A DNA stretch of 64,000 nt from Eledone cirrhosa (GCA_964016885.1 OZ024743.1:284642001-284706000), one strand, 5' to 3'; positions 38,346-50,553 are shown, counted from the stretch's first letter. Numbers and translations: made by a program. Notes: generated from the sequence alone by a model not told the origin.

Positions 38346-38820
38346 TACTATAGCAGTAGGATGGGAATTTATAAACCATCCCCTATACACACACGTGTGT
38401 ATCCCGGGTTTAATCAGGAGTACCCACAGTAAGTAAGGTACTCAATACATAGCAGAGTATAAATTTTTAATATAGAAATGGCTTCTACAGGACTAGAACT
38501 GTTTCATTCGAAGGAAATCATCAGGAAAGCCAACTGTCAATGTGATATGGGGATATTTATACATTATCTGGTGGTAGGGGAAGGTGGTGATTGGGATGGG
38601 TGGAGGTCATTGGTTGATGGATTTAAAGAATGGGGATTCTTTGAAAAAACTATATTTAGAGAAAAATACATAGTGATACAGAATGATACAAAAGCAGGCA
38701 CTCCTAATTTTCAAGGTTCATTTATTCTAAGCAAACAAAGGGTTTTCATTAAATGATTGTATTAACATGCTCTGTTAAAGGATGGTGAAGTCTGCAAAAA
38801 ATGGTCAGGTGTTTACAATC
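38346..38820 (-). mobile_element. Penelope-like remnant
   Basis: Hammerhead motif followed by ATTAAA and short hairpins (GAGTACC/GGTACTC, GGATGG/CCATCC); boundaries approximate. Confidence 0.5.
38479..38532 (-). ncRNA. Type-I hammerhead ribozyme motif
   Basis: TGGCTTTC CTGATGA TTTC-cttc-GAAT GAAA CAG-ttctagtc-CTG TA GAAGCCA. Confidence 0.7.
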
Positions 38821-39064
38821 ACACACACACATATATAGATATATAGATAGAGAGCGAGAGAAAGATACATACACTAATCAATCCATACATATATTCTTTT
38901 ACTGATCTCAGTCATATAACTGGCCATACTGGGGCACTGCCTTAAAGGGATTTAGTCTATCATATTGATTCAAGTGTGGAACTTATTTTATCAATTTCTT
39001 TTTGTTAAACTGCTGAATTACAAGATGTAAATGTAGGCACCAACATGTTCAAGCACATGTGCCC

Positions 39065-39076
39065 ACGCGCGCACGC

Positions 39077-39128
<52 letters not shown>
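39065..39128. repeat. (CG/CA)n microsatellite
   Basis: CA run. Confidence 0.95.
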
Positions 39129-39129
<1 letters not shown>

Positions 39130-39880
39130 GTCAGCATCATCATTTTATAGCTGTTTTTTTTTTTTCATGCTAGCTTGGGTTGGGTGGCTTTTTTCCAATA
39201 CACCATCTTGCTACTAGTTATCTTTTTCATGACGTTCAGTCTCCTTAGATCATCTTTCATCTCTTCTTTCCATACCTACCTCTGTCTTCCCCTTCCACAG
39301 GTTTTTTCCACTTCGATCACTTAGTACTTCTTTACTCAACAATCATCCTCTAATTTTTATCATCTGTCTATACTAACCCTGTCTTCCCACTTGCACACAA
39401 TATCTGTTTCTTATAGTTTTTTTTTTTTTTTTCCTCAACTCCTTTGTACTCCATCGTTCATGCAGGCTAGCATTACGCATCCAGTGAGGCATACTGACTT
39501 CATTTTTTTCAAGCATTTTGCTACTATACAAGCATCATATAATCTGCTCCTTACTCTGAGAGAGAGAATCCCTTTGTTGCCAGAAAATACAAGAGCTCTC
39601 TGAGCTTTTACCACTCCATTGGTAGAGGGTCGAACTGCCATGCTTTGCATCATAGAGTTATGGCCCTTTATGATCTGAGTTCAAATTCCGCCAAGGTTAA
39701 CTTTGCCTTTCATTCTTTCGAGGTTGATAAAATAAAGCACCAGTAATGCATTGGGATAATTGCTGGCCTTGTGTAAAAGTAGAACCAATTATTACGCTAG
39801 CTACTATGCTTTTAGAAACCCCCTACTACTGCTAAATTTTGTCTCTTTGGTAATGGAAGCTGTCCACTATTTCTGAGGAA
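39130..39880 (-). mobile_element. Old RTE 3' fragment interrupted by SINE A
   Basis: Minus-strand SLRVRSRLYDACI and IVDSF remnants. Confidence 0.7.
39620..39792 (+). mobile_element. SINE family A
   Basis: B box, core and tail. Confidence 0.85.
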
Positions 39881-40564
39881 GCTTTTGAAATAATTTCTTT
39901 TATGTGTGCTCTTACAACTTCCATCTCTTTTTTCCAAACTTTCCTCTGTCTTCCTCTTCAACAGATTCTTTTTACTTCAATCATTTAGTACTTCTTTACC
40001 TAATAATTATGCTCTATTTTTATCATGTCTATACTTCTCATTTGCACACATCTGATTCTTCTTATACTATTTTTATTTTATTTTTTTCTCAGATAGATAG
40101 ATATTTACATACATACACTCATCCATCCATACATGCATACATATATGCTGTTAAATTTTAAAAGTTTATAAGGGATAGTCAGTCAATAGACAATAGGTTT
40201 AAGAGTATTGAAAGGGTCGATAGTGTAAAAATACATACACATGTACACCAGGTCCAAACACAGAGGAGCTGAACTCCCACTGTCATTGCCTCAATCTCTC
40301 TCGCCCTCCCCATCTCTCACTATTATGAACAAATGGGGTCCCACACGCTGGCCGCCTCATGGCCCTGGCAGACAGAATAGAGAAGGCATACATATATTCT
40401 TTTACTTGTACATCTACTACAAAGTTCTTCTCTGCATCACTTGTGCACCCAGAATTTATATTGGATATACTGTATGGCATTCCCACCTACTCTTTTTCTG
40501 TATATCAAGTATGACCACTTCTAAGATGGCAGTAGAGTCATGTTTTCTTTCTTGCTAACTAAAG

Positions 40565-40716
40565 CTGTTTTCTTTATTAGCTTTGTTTTAAGACTGATTG
40601 ATTCTTGGTTTTGCTTTCTCATTTGGAATTTCTTCCTTAATTGTTCAGCAACTTGAGCTATCACGTTTAGGTCATCAGCATTCAGAAGTGTCCACAAGCA
40701 GCTGATCTTAAACTCC
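40565..40716 (-). mobile_element. Old RTE RT fragment
   Basis: EFKISCLWTLLNADDLNVIA aligns to EFKTGCPWELLYADDLALIA. Confidence 0.7.
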
Positions 40717-40750
40717 TTTTTTTAAAATCTGGAGAACTATAATTTATATG

Positions 40751-40755
<5 letters not shown>

Positions 40756-40804
<49 letters not shown>
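40756..40804. repeat. (TA)n microsatellite
   Basis: TA run. Confidence 0.97.
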
Positions 40805-40806
<2 letters not shown>

Positions 40807-41023
40807 GGAAGTTATGTATGTTGTAAATGGTATTTACATGGTAATATAAGCAAATTATTCAACTGTTTCATCATTGTATCAAATTTCTTCCCCATCTCCA
40901 GCTGTTTATATATATATATAAACAGCTGGAGATGGGGAAGAAATTTGATACAATGATGAAACAGTTGAATAATTTGCTTATATTACCATGTAAATACCAT
41001 TTACAACATACATAACTTCCATT
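40804..41023. repeat. Perfect 220-bp palindrome centred on (TA)n
   Basis: The arms are exact reverse complements about 40913/40914. Confidence 0.93.
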
Positions 41024-41331
41024 GTAAGTAGTTGAATATTAAACCAAAGTAGATTAAAACAAAGTAGATTAAAACACTAGGATGTCCAGTTTATCTAAAG
41101 GTTAAGTTCTTTAAAATGTTAACTATTTGATCTCTTGGGTTTTGTTAATTTGTATTGGCTGAAATTAATCAACATCAGGTCTGATACAGATTTTCTTGCG
41201 ATATCTCTTCCAAGAAAGTATCAACTACATCTAATACAATAATTAATTTTTGTTATATTCCATTTTATTTACTTTATATTTTTTATCTTTTGTTGTCATT
41301 TTATCTCAGTTATTAAGTTTGGTTTTAAGTA

Positions 41332-41551
41332 CTGTATATACTTGAATACAAACTAAGGAATATGTGACCAAAAATCAATGGTAGAGGGGTGTGGAGTGGG
41401 GTGTGTGGCTTATATTCGGGGTCAATATTTTGAGGATTTTTCACCAACTTGAAATTCTACATAAATAAGGTTTGGATTTTTGCCCATTTCTCAGGCATAA
41501 AATAGAGGAGTGGGCATATATTCATATTGGCTTATATTCGAGTATATACAG
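41332..41551. mobile_element. Tc1/mariner-superfamily MITE
   Basis: TA|CTGTATATACTTGAATA ... TATTCGAGTATATACAG|TA. Confidence 0.75.
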
Positions 41552-41945
41552 TACATAATTGTTTGTAATGAATCAAACTTATAAATCTTCAAATCTTGTC
41601 ATATAAAATAGGCTTCTATAATATATGAAGTGCATGTGACCTTCTAGGACTTTCTGTGGTGTTCATTATAAATTTAGAAATAATATGGTTTCATTATAAG
41701 GAAATTGCATTTGATATTTTAGTAATAGCTAGTTTCCTTATCTTTGGCAGCTTTCTTAGCATCATCATCAGGCAATGGAGTGACAAAAGTATTACTGCAT
41801 TCGATTAAATGTCTTATAGTATTTTGAATACCATTACGTTATATTCTGAGTTTGGGTCAGGCAATAATTGAATTTTATCTCTGAAACTGATAAAATAAAT
41901 ACCGACCTTATACTAATGTCAATTTAGGTGAATATGACCTAATAT

Positions 41946-42023
41946 ACGGCCCTTTACATTCTGAGTTCAAATCCTGCCGAGGTTAGTTTTGCCTTTCATC
42001 CTTATGGGGTCAATAAATAAAGC
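41946..42023 (+). mobile_element. SINE family A fragment
   Basis: B box and core. Confidence 0.75.
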
Positions 42024-42499
42024 AACAAAAAAATAACATGAAAATTGAAGCAAAATGAAAGGAAAAAGAGAACGTAATTCTGTACATATTCAATACAAGG
42101 GAGAGAATTGAAATTCAAAATCAAAATCTTCGTTTCTACTCATAATTTATTATTAAAAATTGAAATCCTCATTATTGCCATTTACTGTAAAGCTGTTCAT
42201 ACATAGGAATGGTAGTTTGATAATTCTATTAATGACTATCAAAAAGTAGAGGCTGAAGGCATTATTTATTGGATAACTTTTTAAAAATTATTTATTTTGA
42301 AAATCTTGCTGATACTATATGATACTATTTTTTCTTAAACAGAACCCCTTTTACTCTACAAGAGTTGTCATCCTGCTGTCCATGCCAATAATATTCCTGT
42401 GTTAGTTATTCTGAAACTAGTGATGCTGTTTGCTCATTTTACGTAGTGTATTTACAGAGTGTAAATGCGATTCTTGCTAAATGTATATTTATATATATA

Positions 42500-42765
42500 T
42501 ACTCTGTAAAGTGGTTGTGTAGGTATCACAACAAAAAGCACCAAGCCATCACTGTAAAGTGGTCGTGTAGGTGTCATGACAAAAAGCACCCAGTACTCAC
42601 TGTAAATGTGTTTGGCATTAGGAAGGGCCTCCAGTTGTAGAAAGCAAGCCAAAATCATTTCTATTTGAGCAAGACATGGTCACCTGACCTGGCTTATCTC
42701 ACAACAGGACAACTCATCTAACCCATACTAGCGTGGAAAAATGGATGTTAAATGATGATGATGAT
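42500..42765 (+). mobile_element. Older RTE/SINE B 3' tail
   Basis: CTGTAAAGTGG..AAAAGCACC modules, TTAGGAAGGGC and (GAT)n. Confidence 0.8.
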
Positions 42766-43584
42766 TATATAACTTCACTGAGTTATTGATTGAAGTAATG
42801 CTTGCCAGGATAACACCAACCATTATATTTGATATTTACATTCATTTTAACAAAGAAAATCCTGGTCCGACAATATCATAAACTAAACTGGCCACAACAC
42901 AGAGACCCTTCTATGTATGACAGAGACTAGAGATCAGTGGTGAGGATTGACTGCAAAAGCATCTAGAGTGGCACCTGAATGACTAGCTGCACCAGTTGTG
43001 GCAACATGATAATCATGATTCTGATCTACTTTATAGATTTGTCTGGAAGCTTCTGAAGCCCAAAACAAAGGATGCAACAATTCTTTGTCAATTTATAATT
43101 GCTGCAGTCCTTCTATAAATATCCCTTTCTTGTTGAGAGAGCTGTATGTGTGTGTATGTGTGCAGGAGAGGATGATATACAATGACCCCTTCATACATAC
43201 AATACCATAAGCAGTTTATGCTTCAGTTCTCTCTGACCTGATTTTGGCAACTGGTGCAAAGCTATATACATTTTAATGACTTTATGCTAATTATGGCCAT
43301 ATATAGAATGGTTAATATAAAGTTTCTTAGATAAGAAACAAGGAGAAAGCTATCTTAACATATGCTCATAAATCCAGTTCTCCAATTGTATACATGCCAA
43401 AATCGTTTCAGCTATAATTAGCGTAATTTTATTTCCCAGTGTTGATTATTATAATAATGATCTTCATCTGATCAATGGAACTCTGTTGGATCAATTTGTA
43501 AATGTGTTTGCTTTAATCAAAAGTAAGCAAGCAAATGAAATTTTCATTTTTATATTCTGATCATTATCAATGCTAGACATTCAT

Positions 43585-43617
<33 letters not shown>

Positions 43618-44384
43618 TTAAAATCTATTTTGCCTCCTATGAAGAGTTGGTCAGGTGTATTTTATTATCGTGGCTCTAGCACTAGAGACATTGCCATGTC
43701 TTTAACACAACTGAAGAGTCCTCTCAACCCTTTGTTTAGCAACTTTTCTGTGGCTTGATGACCTTCCTATCATCAACCACTTTACTCTGTGTGCCCTTGA
43801 CACAATTGAAAGCATCAGCTCTTTTGGGCTTGGTTTCTACAGCTGGATGACCTTCCTATCACCAACCACTTTAAGAGGTGTACTGGATGCATTTTTCGCA
43901 GCACCAACACTAGAGAATTTGTTGTGTTTTGACTGAAGGGTTCTCACTACCCTATAAGAGGGGGGGGGAGTATAATGGGATGGAGGAGGTAAGAAATATA
44001 AGTATATCATAGGTGTCAATAGGCAGAGGAGATGACATATAGTTTCATGGGTGTATGATAGGCATTGAGGGGTTCAAGAGAGAAATATGGGAAGAGGAAC
44101 GATGAAAAAGTATGTAATGGGCAAGTGTGGTGGAATTTGAGAGGATGGTGAGAGGGAAGGGAGCGCTGATCTTGGTTAGAGCTGGAGGGTAATCTGATGA
44201 TGTAAACAGCTTGTAAGGGGTTATGGTTGGTGTGTTAGGATTTACATGTGGTGGGTAAGGGGTTGATCCTGTGGGGTGGGTACAGTGGGGGAAATTGTTA
44301 CTAGGGAGTGGTGCGGGAGGAAGTGCATGAATGGGTCCAATCACAATTTTAAGCTGGTAAGTGTTCCCCAGCACTACATGTCAT

Positions 44385-44680
44385 CAGTCCTCATGGTCAT
44401 TTGTCATCTGTAGTGAGATTTAGTTGCCTATGGTCAAATTTCACCACTTCATTCCATGTCTTCTTAGGTCTACCTCTTCCATGACTCCCATCCACAGTGA
44501 TTTCTCTGCACTTCATTATATAACTGTTATTTTCCTTACACATCACACATCCATACCATCGCAGTCTTCTCTCTTGCACACTACATCAGATTTTTCTTAT
44601 ATAAAGTTATTCTCTCAGCATGCTTATACTATGTCATTCATCCACACTGATATTACACATACACCAGAGCATTATAAATG
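44385..44680 (-). mobile_element. Old RTE ORF2 C-terminal fragment
   Basis: QERRLRWYG...GRGRPKKTWNEVVK. Confidence 0.8.
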
Positions 44681-45608
44681 TTATTTAAACACATTCAACA
44701 GCTATTAAAAGATTTAATTAATTTTAAAAGTAGGAGAGACAGTGAAATCTGAGAATGGTATTTGATTTTCTCAAATGATCACTAGAATTTGAAGAGACTA
44801 AAGCTAGCTTATATAAGCAGGATAATTTAGTTTAAAAAAAAAAATGAAATGTTGGTGTATTGTAGGCAAAAATCATTCTATCAGAGAATAAAAAAAGCAG
44901 TCACAAATAATCATCAAAGACAATAAACATAGACTGAGGAGAGAGACAAAAAGTGGTAGATAGAATAGAGCTGGCTGGGCAGAAGAGTAGATAGTTATTC
45001 TAATAATAAATTTGGAAGCTTCAAAGAAAGAGAAATCTTGTATATCTGTTCAAGCAATGTCAGCATTGATAAAGAAAAGTACATTAAAATGTTAGGCAGA
45101 AGTGGTACTGGTTTAGATGACGGTGGAAAAGAATGGATAGAGTTACTTTCTGCTTCTTGATTCCTCAGTTATATCAAATAGATCTAATGAAGCCAGTCTA
45201 TTGCCTAGCTATACTTATGGGGCCATTTGAACACAGCACTGCTTGTTGGAATCATGTGTCAAGGGCACAACAAGTTATGTAGTAGACACTGAAAAGAGGC
45301 TGGAGATAGGAAGGGCATCCAGCCATAGAAAACTTGCCAAACAAAGAGTTGAGATGAGTCTTCAGTTGTGTTAAAGACATGACAGCTTCTCTAGTGCTGG
45401 TGCTACAATAAATTGCACCTAGTGTGCTCTGTAATGTGCAGGAATGCATGTAAGCAAGATGTGGGTCCCAGCCAACCTGAGAGGTCAGTAGCTCAGTAGC
45501 TCTAATTAGGTATTGATTTTTCTGTGACTACCCATCCAACCCTTGTGTATAGGAAGAACAGATGTTAAATAAAGATGACTATGATCATCATTATTATGTA
45601 TCATTACA

Positions 45609-45802
45609 TAATAAGGGCTGTGGATTGGCAGTATCGGTAGAGGATCGGACGCTATGCTTTGACGCACAGAGTTACGGCCCTTGCTATTCTGAGTTCGAAT
45701 CCTGCCGAGGTTAACTTTGCCTTTCATCCTTACGGGGTCGATAAAATAAAGTACCAGTAATGGACTAGGTAATTGCTGGCCTTGTGCCAAAAAGTAGAAA
45801 CA
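45609..45802 (+). mobile_element. SINE family A, full length with 19-bp TSD
   Basis: ATTATTATGTATCATTACA at 45590-45608 and 45803-45821. Confidence 0.92.
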
Positions 45803-47919
45803 ATTATTATGTATCATTACAACAAGGAAACAGGACCTTTTCTTTATCTAAGCAATCTGAGGTTGCACTGTAATGTTAACTTACATAAACATGCAGCATA
45901 AATGCGGACACTAAGTCCTGCAGTTTAATATGAAAATCACTTCACCTCTTTCTAATTAAGTAAACATATAAACAATACTCAGGATTGTATAATTGCCTAT
46001 TCTGCTTGCCCAAGAAGTTGCACATCATAAAGCAATCTGCAATATCACACAAGAAATCCAAATTAGTTTCCTACTGTCCTCACCATCAAACTTTTATCCT
46101 TTCCCAGTTCAAATCAAGAGACCAATAAAGAAGCTCCTTTCTGGTCAATTGCATCTTATACTTCATTTTCCTTGGAAATCTGAAGACTAGTGTCTGGGAA
46201 GCTCAAATAATAATGATGGGAGTCATTGGCTGCTAAGCTACTAAAATAAATACTCAACATAACATACTAGGTGCTCTTTTCTTTGTACACTTTACCCCTC
46301 CCCACACACAATATATATATAGAGATAATATATAGATGATATACTATTATCATTTAGCTTAAGAAATAAATACAGTGCTTGTAGCCCTTGATGTCCAATC
46401 TTACACTAATGAGACTTATGTATTGATTTTCTGCAGATCCATGTGTAGAGAAAATCTAAATGGGGTACAAGTTTTGCAGGTTTGCAGCTCAAGAGATGAA
46501 TTAATGAACAAAGTCTTTAGTATAAGATCTAGTGGCATTGTGGACAGAGGAGAGGCACGTGCACTTCATGTGTGGACTTGGGTAGTTAAGTTTTCTACTC
46601 CAGTTAGAGTCTACTGTAGTTGCAGTAGGAGAGAGAGAGAGAGAGAGAAACGTATTAACAGGTTAATTATAAGTCAGCTGAAAAGTAAGGTTTTTACGAA
46701 ATATTGTTTGATGTAGAAAAGGAGCTTTGGAAATGGTGGAATTACTGTTGACAGTGAGGTAGATTTAAAAATTTTAAATGAGCATAGAAAATAATGGTTG
46801 TGGGTTTAGCTGTTTTAGCTGTGTGGATCTGTTTATATGTTGTGTGGGGGTAGGTATATTTGATGTGTGCTTTAATGTATGTGCTCATCTGTAAATATTT
46901 TAATGTTACAACCTTTCCTGTAGATAGCTATAGTTTTGTGAAGGTGTGTGTTAGTGATTATGCCTAAGTTTAGTTAAGGTAATGTGTTCATGTTTGGTAA
47001 ACGTAATATGTGTGACAGTGTTTATGCTTGAGTTTGGTTGAGGTAATTTATGTGTGTGTTTATGTTTGGATAGAGTAATGTGTGTGCGTGAGTGCTTGTG
47101 TTTCAGTTTGGTGAAGGAAATTTGTGTGTGTATGCATATAGTAATTTGTGTATGTGCGTTTTCTAGTATGTAACTGCTTGTTTATAATGAGCATTGTTTC
47201 AATATATGTGTGCATGTTAATGTATATGTATGCGATTCTGAATATGAATACCTGTGTATTATACACATGAATATGTATATCTTTATTAGTGTGTAAATTA
47301 ATGCTTCTTATAGTGTGTATATGTGTAAACAACCTTGTGTACGTTTCTTCTCATAAGATTATAGATCTTTGTGTACCTGTATGTGTGTGTGTTTATGCGT
47401 GTATATGTGTGTTTGCACCTGTGTGTATATATGTATGTATCTGTCTCTGTACTTTAGTATGCTGTTAGTTTATAAGCATATGTGTCCAGGTGTATAATTC
47501 TTCCTACGTCATTCGAGAGGAAGGGGGTGAGAGAGAGAGATGAGACAAGAAGAATGATGAAGAAAGAACTAGAGAGATAGAGTGAATGAAATGAAGGCCA
47601 AGCCGAAGACTATCAGATGTCAGCTAGACTAGAACAACCAGCTTCTGACATGTGTGTGCAATGCTTATGACGCAAACTGGGTTTCAGGTGTGTGTATGTG
47701 TGTAAGGTAGAGGTGAAAAAACAGTAAAAACATCCTCCCTCCATCTGTACGAAATTATTCCTACTTTCAGACAACAAATTAAGTAATATCGACCTTTTTG
47801 TTTACATTTGTTTCTTTCCTTATTTTTTTTGTTTATTTTTTTTCATTTTGTTTTTTCGCCTCCCTCTGCTTCTTGTAGGTTTGTGTAATATATCTTAACT
47901 ATACATGAAAACACGCCTC

Positions 47920-48325
47920 CACACACATACATCTATATACTTATATATACAAATACAATTACATAGGAATATGTGTGTGTGTATGTGTATATATATATGT
48001 GTGTGTGTGTGTGTATATAGTCTTATATATATATATATGTGTATGTATATTTATATGTATGTATGTATATATGTATATATATATATATATATGTGTATAT
48101 ATATTTGTGTGTGTGTGTGTATGTATATATTCTTATATATATATGTGTATGTATGTTTATATGTATGTGTGTATATATATATATATATACACATACATAC
48201 ATATAAACATACATACACATATATATATATGTGTATATATGTGTGTGTGTATGTATGTGTATATATATGTGTGTGTGTATATATATGTGTGTGTGTGTAT
48301 GTATGTGTATATATGTGTGTGTATG

Positions 48326-48360
<35 letters not shown>
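47920..48360. repeat. Compound (TA)/(TG)/(CA) microsatellite
   Basis: Low complexity; it explains the YIYI/CVCV ORFs. Confidence 0.95.
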
Positions 48361-48364
<4 letters not shown>

Positions 48365-48530
48365 GCCCAGCACTATGTGTCAATAATTGTCACAAGTGTA
48401 GTGTTTGTACCAGAGTTTTCATGTCGCAGGCTGGACTAAAAAGTCACACTCGTTCAGCGCATCGGTAGGGTTTCTCCTAAATGGATATAAAGTAGTGGCC
48501 GTACTCGAAAACGAGTTGGCAGCCACCATA
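48361..48530 (+). mobile_element. 3' tip of an RTE-type LINE with a C-terminal C2H2 finger, in a TA microsatellite
   Basis: [22 protein letters not shown] then a short UTR with CTCG-AAAA-CGAG hairpin and (TA)n tail. Confidence 0.65.
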
Positions 48531-48580
48531 TATATATATATGTGTGTGTATGTATGTGTATATATATATATATATATATA

Positions 48581-48825
48581 TAAAATAAATACACCCTAAC
48601 ATGTGTACTCGTCTCTACCACACTAATTCGGACTGCCTGAAGAGGTCACAGCCAAAGAGGTCACCGAAATATATATAGCAGTAATAAACGAGGCCAAATT
48701 TTAAACATTTGACTTATTTATTTTATTTTATTTTACATTACTCCGGAGTAACCAAACCAACCTGTGTACTTCGTCGAGTGCTCCAATCTGCATACTGAGG
48801 TGTTGGTATACAACCAACATATACT

Positions 48826-48830
<5 letters not shown>
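48581..48830 (+). mobile_element. Penelope-like terminal-repeat remnant in a TA/TG microsatellite
   Basis: Hammerhead motif immediately followed by AATAAA; microsatellite on both flanks. Confidence 0.6.
48632..48682 (+). ncRNA. Minimal type-I hammerhead ribozyme
   Basis: ACTGC CTGAAGA GGTCAC-N10-GTCACC GAA ATATATAT A GCAGT. Confidence 0.78.
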
Positions 48831-48873
<43 letters not shown>

Positions 48874-48952
48874 ATGTGTGTGTATGTATGTGTGTATATA
48901 TATGTGTGTGTGTGTATGTATGTATATATATATATATGTGTGTGCATATATG

Positions 48953-49270
48953 TCTGGAGTAACTCCTGGTGCCTCCCTTTACACCAAATGAGCAAAGGCT
49001 TATCATTGGTAACTGTTACTCCCCATGTTGTATCCACGCTAGGCGAGGCTGAAATGTCCTCTCCAGGTGTTTAATGAGAGTGTTATGGACACAAGCCTAG
49101 ATGATGTGTTATGGACAGATGTTGCCCATGTAACATGTCCCCCTCCCCACAACACTGGATCCAAAGGAACAGTGATGTTGCTACAGTTTGGCACAAGTGC
49201 TGTTGCAGGAGCTGCCATAATAAAGTAGCAATCATTGCCGAACTATCTTAGGCGCTCCAACTCCAGATTT
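48953..49270 (-). mobile_element. Probable RTE 5'UTR-derived repeat
   Basis: AAAATCTGGAGTTGGAGCGCCTAAG..GGCAGCTCCTGC..GTGCCAAAC..TTCCTTTGGA resembles RTE-clade 5'UTRs (from memory). Confidence 0.4.
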
Positions 49271-49372
49271 TTTTTGCATATGTATATATTTATATGTATA
49301 GTACTAAAAAACTAGGAGGTTATATATGTAGTAGGTAGAGCACTCAGTCCAAAGGATGAGTTTGGTATATAG

Positions 49373-49708
49373 TTAGTTCCACAACAAATTAGCAAACCAT
49401 ACTCAAGGACATGCATTTCATTTTTCAAATTTTCAACATTTTCAAATTTTCAACCCGTGTATGGCTGCAGTGAGAACGGAAGTATATATGAGCTGACGGG
49501 ATTTTGCATGGCAGATGACAGTAGTTTGATGCTGCAACAGTCTAACTTGAGTTGTCTCCCTTGTCACCAAAATACCATCATCTGCCGCGCAGAATCCAGT
49601 CAGTTCATATATATATATACTTCCTTTCTCACTACAACCATAAACACGTTAAAAATTCATCCCATGAAATGCACATCCTCGAGTATAGTCTGCTAATTTG
49701 TTGTGGAC

Positions 49709-49711
<3 letters not shown>
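49373..49711. mobile_element. Foldback MITE (~340 bp, almost entirely inverted repeat)
   Basis: TAGTTCCACAACAAATTAGCA / TGCTAATTTGTTGTGGACTA, with inner arms also complementary. Confidence 0.8.
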
Positions 49712-49752
<41 letters not shown>

Positions 49753-49831
49753 ATATATATATATATATCCACCCTTGCAAGCAGGGAAGAGCGGACGTAA
49801 AATGATGATGATGATATATATATAAATATAT

Positions 49832-50220
49832 ATCATCATCATCCTCACTGTTTTACGTCCGTTCTTCCACGCTAGCATGAGTTAGACGGGTTGTCCTGTT
49901 GTGGGCAGTGTCTGGTCGGCTGACCTTGTCTTGCACATACGGAAACTGATTCTGGCTTGATTTCTACAGCTGGATGCCCTTCCTAACACCAACCTCATTT
50001 ACAGTGAGTGCTGGGTACTTTTTTTCCGTGGCACCTACACGTCCACTTTACAGTGGAATGATAGGGACCCCAGTCCTATCATCTCATTTCTACAGCTGAG
50101 TAAACTGAAGCAATGTGAAATGAAGTGTCTTGCTCAAGGAAACAACATATCACCCGGTCCAAGAATTGAACTCACAACCTTTAGATTGCAAGCCCAATGC
50201 TCTAACCCCTAAACCATGCC
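49832..50220 (-). mobile_element. SINE family B (long tail)
   Basis: tRNA head, CORE-like body and RTE family 1 tail. Confidence 0.88.
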
Positions 50221-50251
50221 AATGTATGTATATTCGTGTGTGTGTATATAT

Positions 50252-50553
50252 ATCATCATTTCATTTTACGTCCGCTTTTTCCCTGCTTGCAAGGGTGGGA
50301 CGGGAACTGATTCTGGCTTGATTTCTACAGCTGGATGCCCTTCCTAACACCAACCTCATTTACAGTGAGTGCTGGGTGTTTTTTTGCAGTGGAATGATAG
50401 GGACCCCAGTCCTATCATCTCATTTCTACAGCTGAGTAAACTGGAGCAATGTGAAATAAAGTGTCTTGCTCAAGGAAACAACACATCACCCGGTCTGAGA
50501 ATTGAACTCACAACCTTTCGATTGCAAGGCCAATGCACTAACCACTAAGCCAT
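50252..50553 (-). mobile_element. SINE family B (short tail)
   Basis: Same tail as the 2577 copy. Confidence 0.88.

Noticed and set aside
43955-44374. Pro/Thr-rich 109-aa ORF and G-rich tract (similar tracts at 50990-51720 and 55750-56280)
   Set aside because: Strand-biased low-complexity sequence next to old RTE ends, probably decayed 3'UTRs.
47905-48468. 187-aa ORF ending in a C2H2 zinc finger (possible host ZNF gene)
   Set aside because: Most of it is translated microsatellite. The single finger has no TGEKP linker and is followed by a LINE-like UTR and TA tail.
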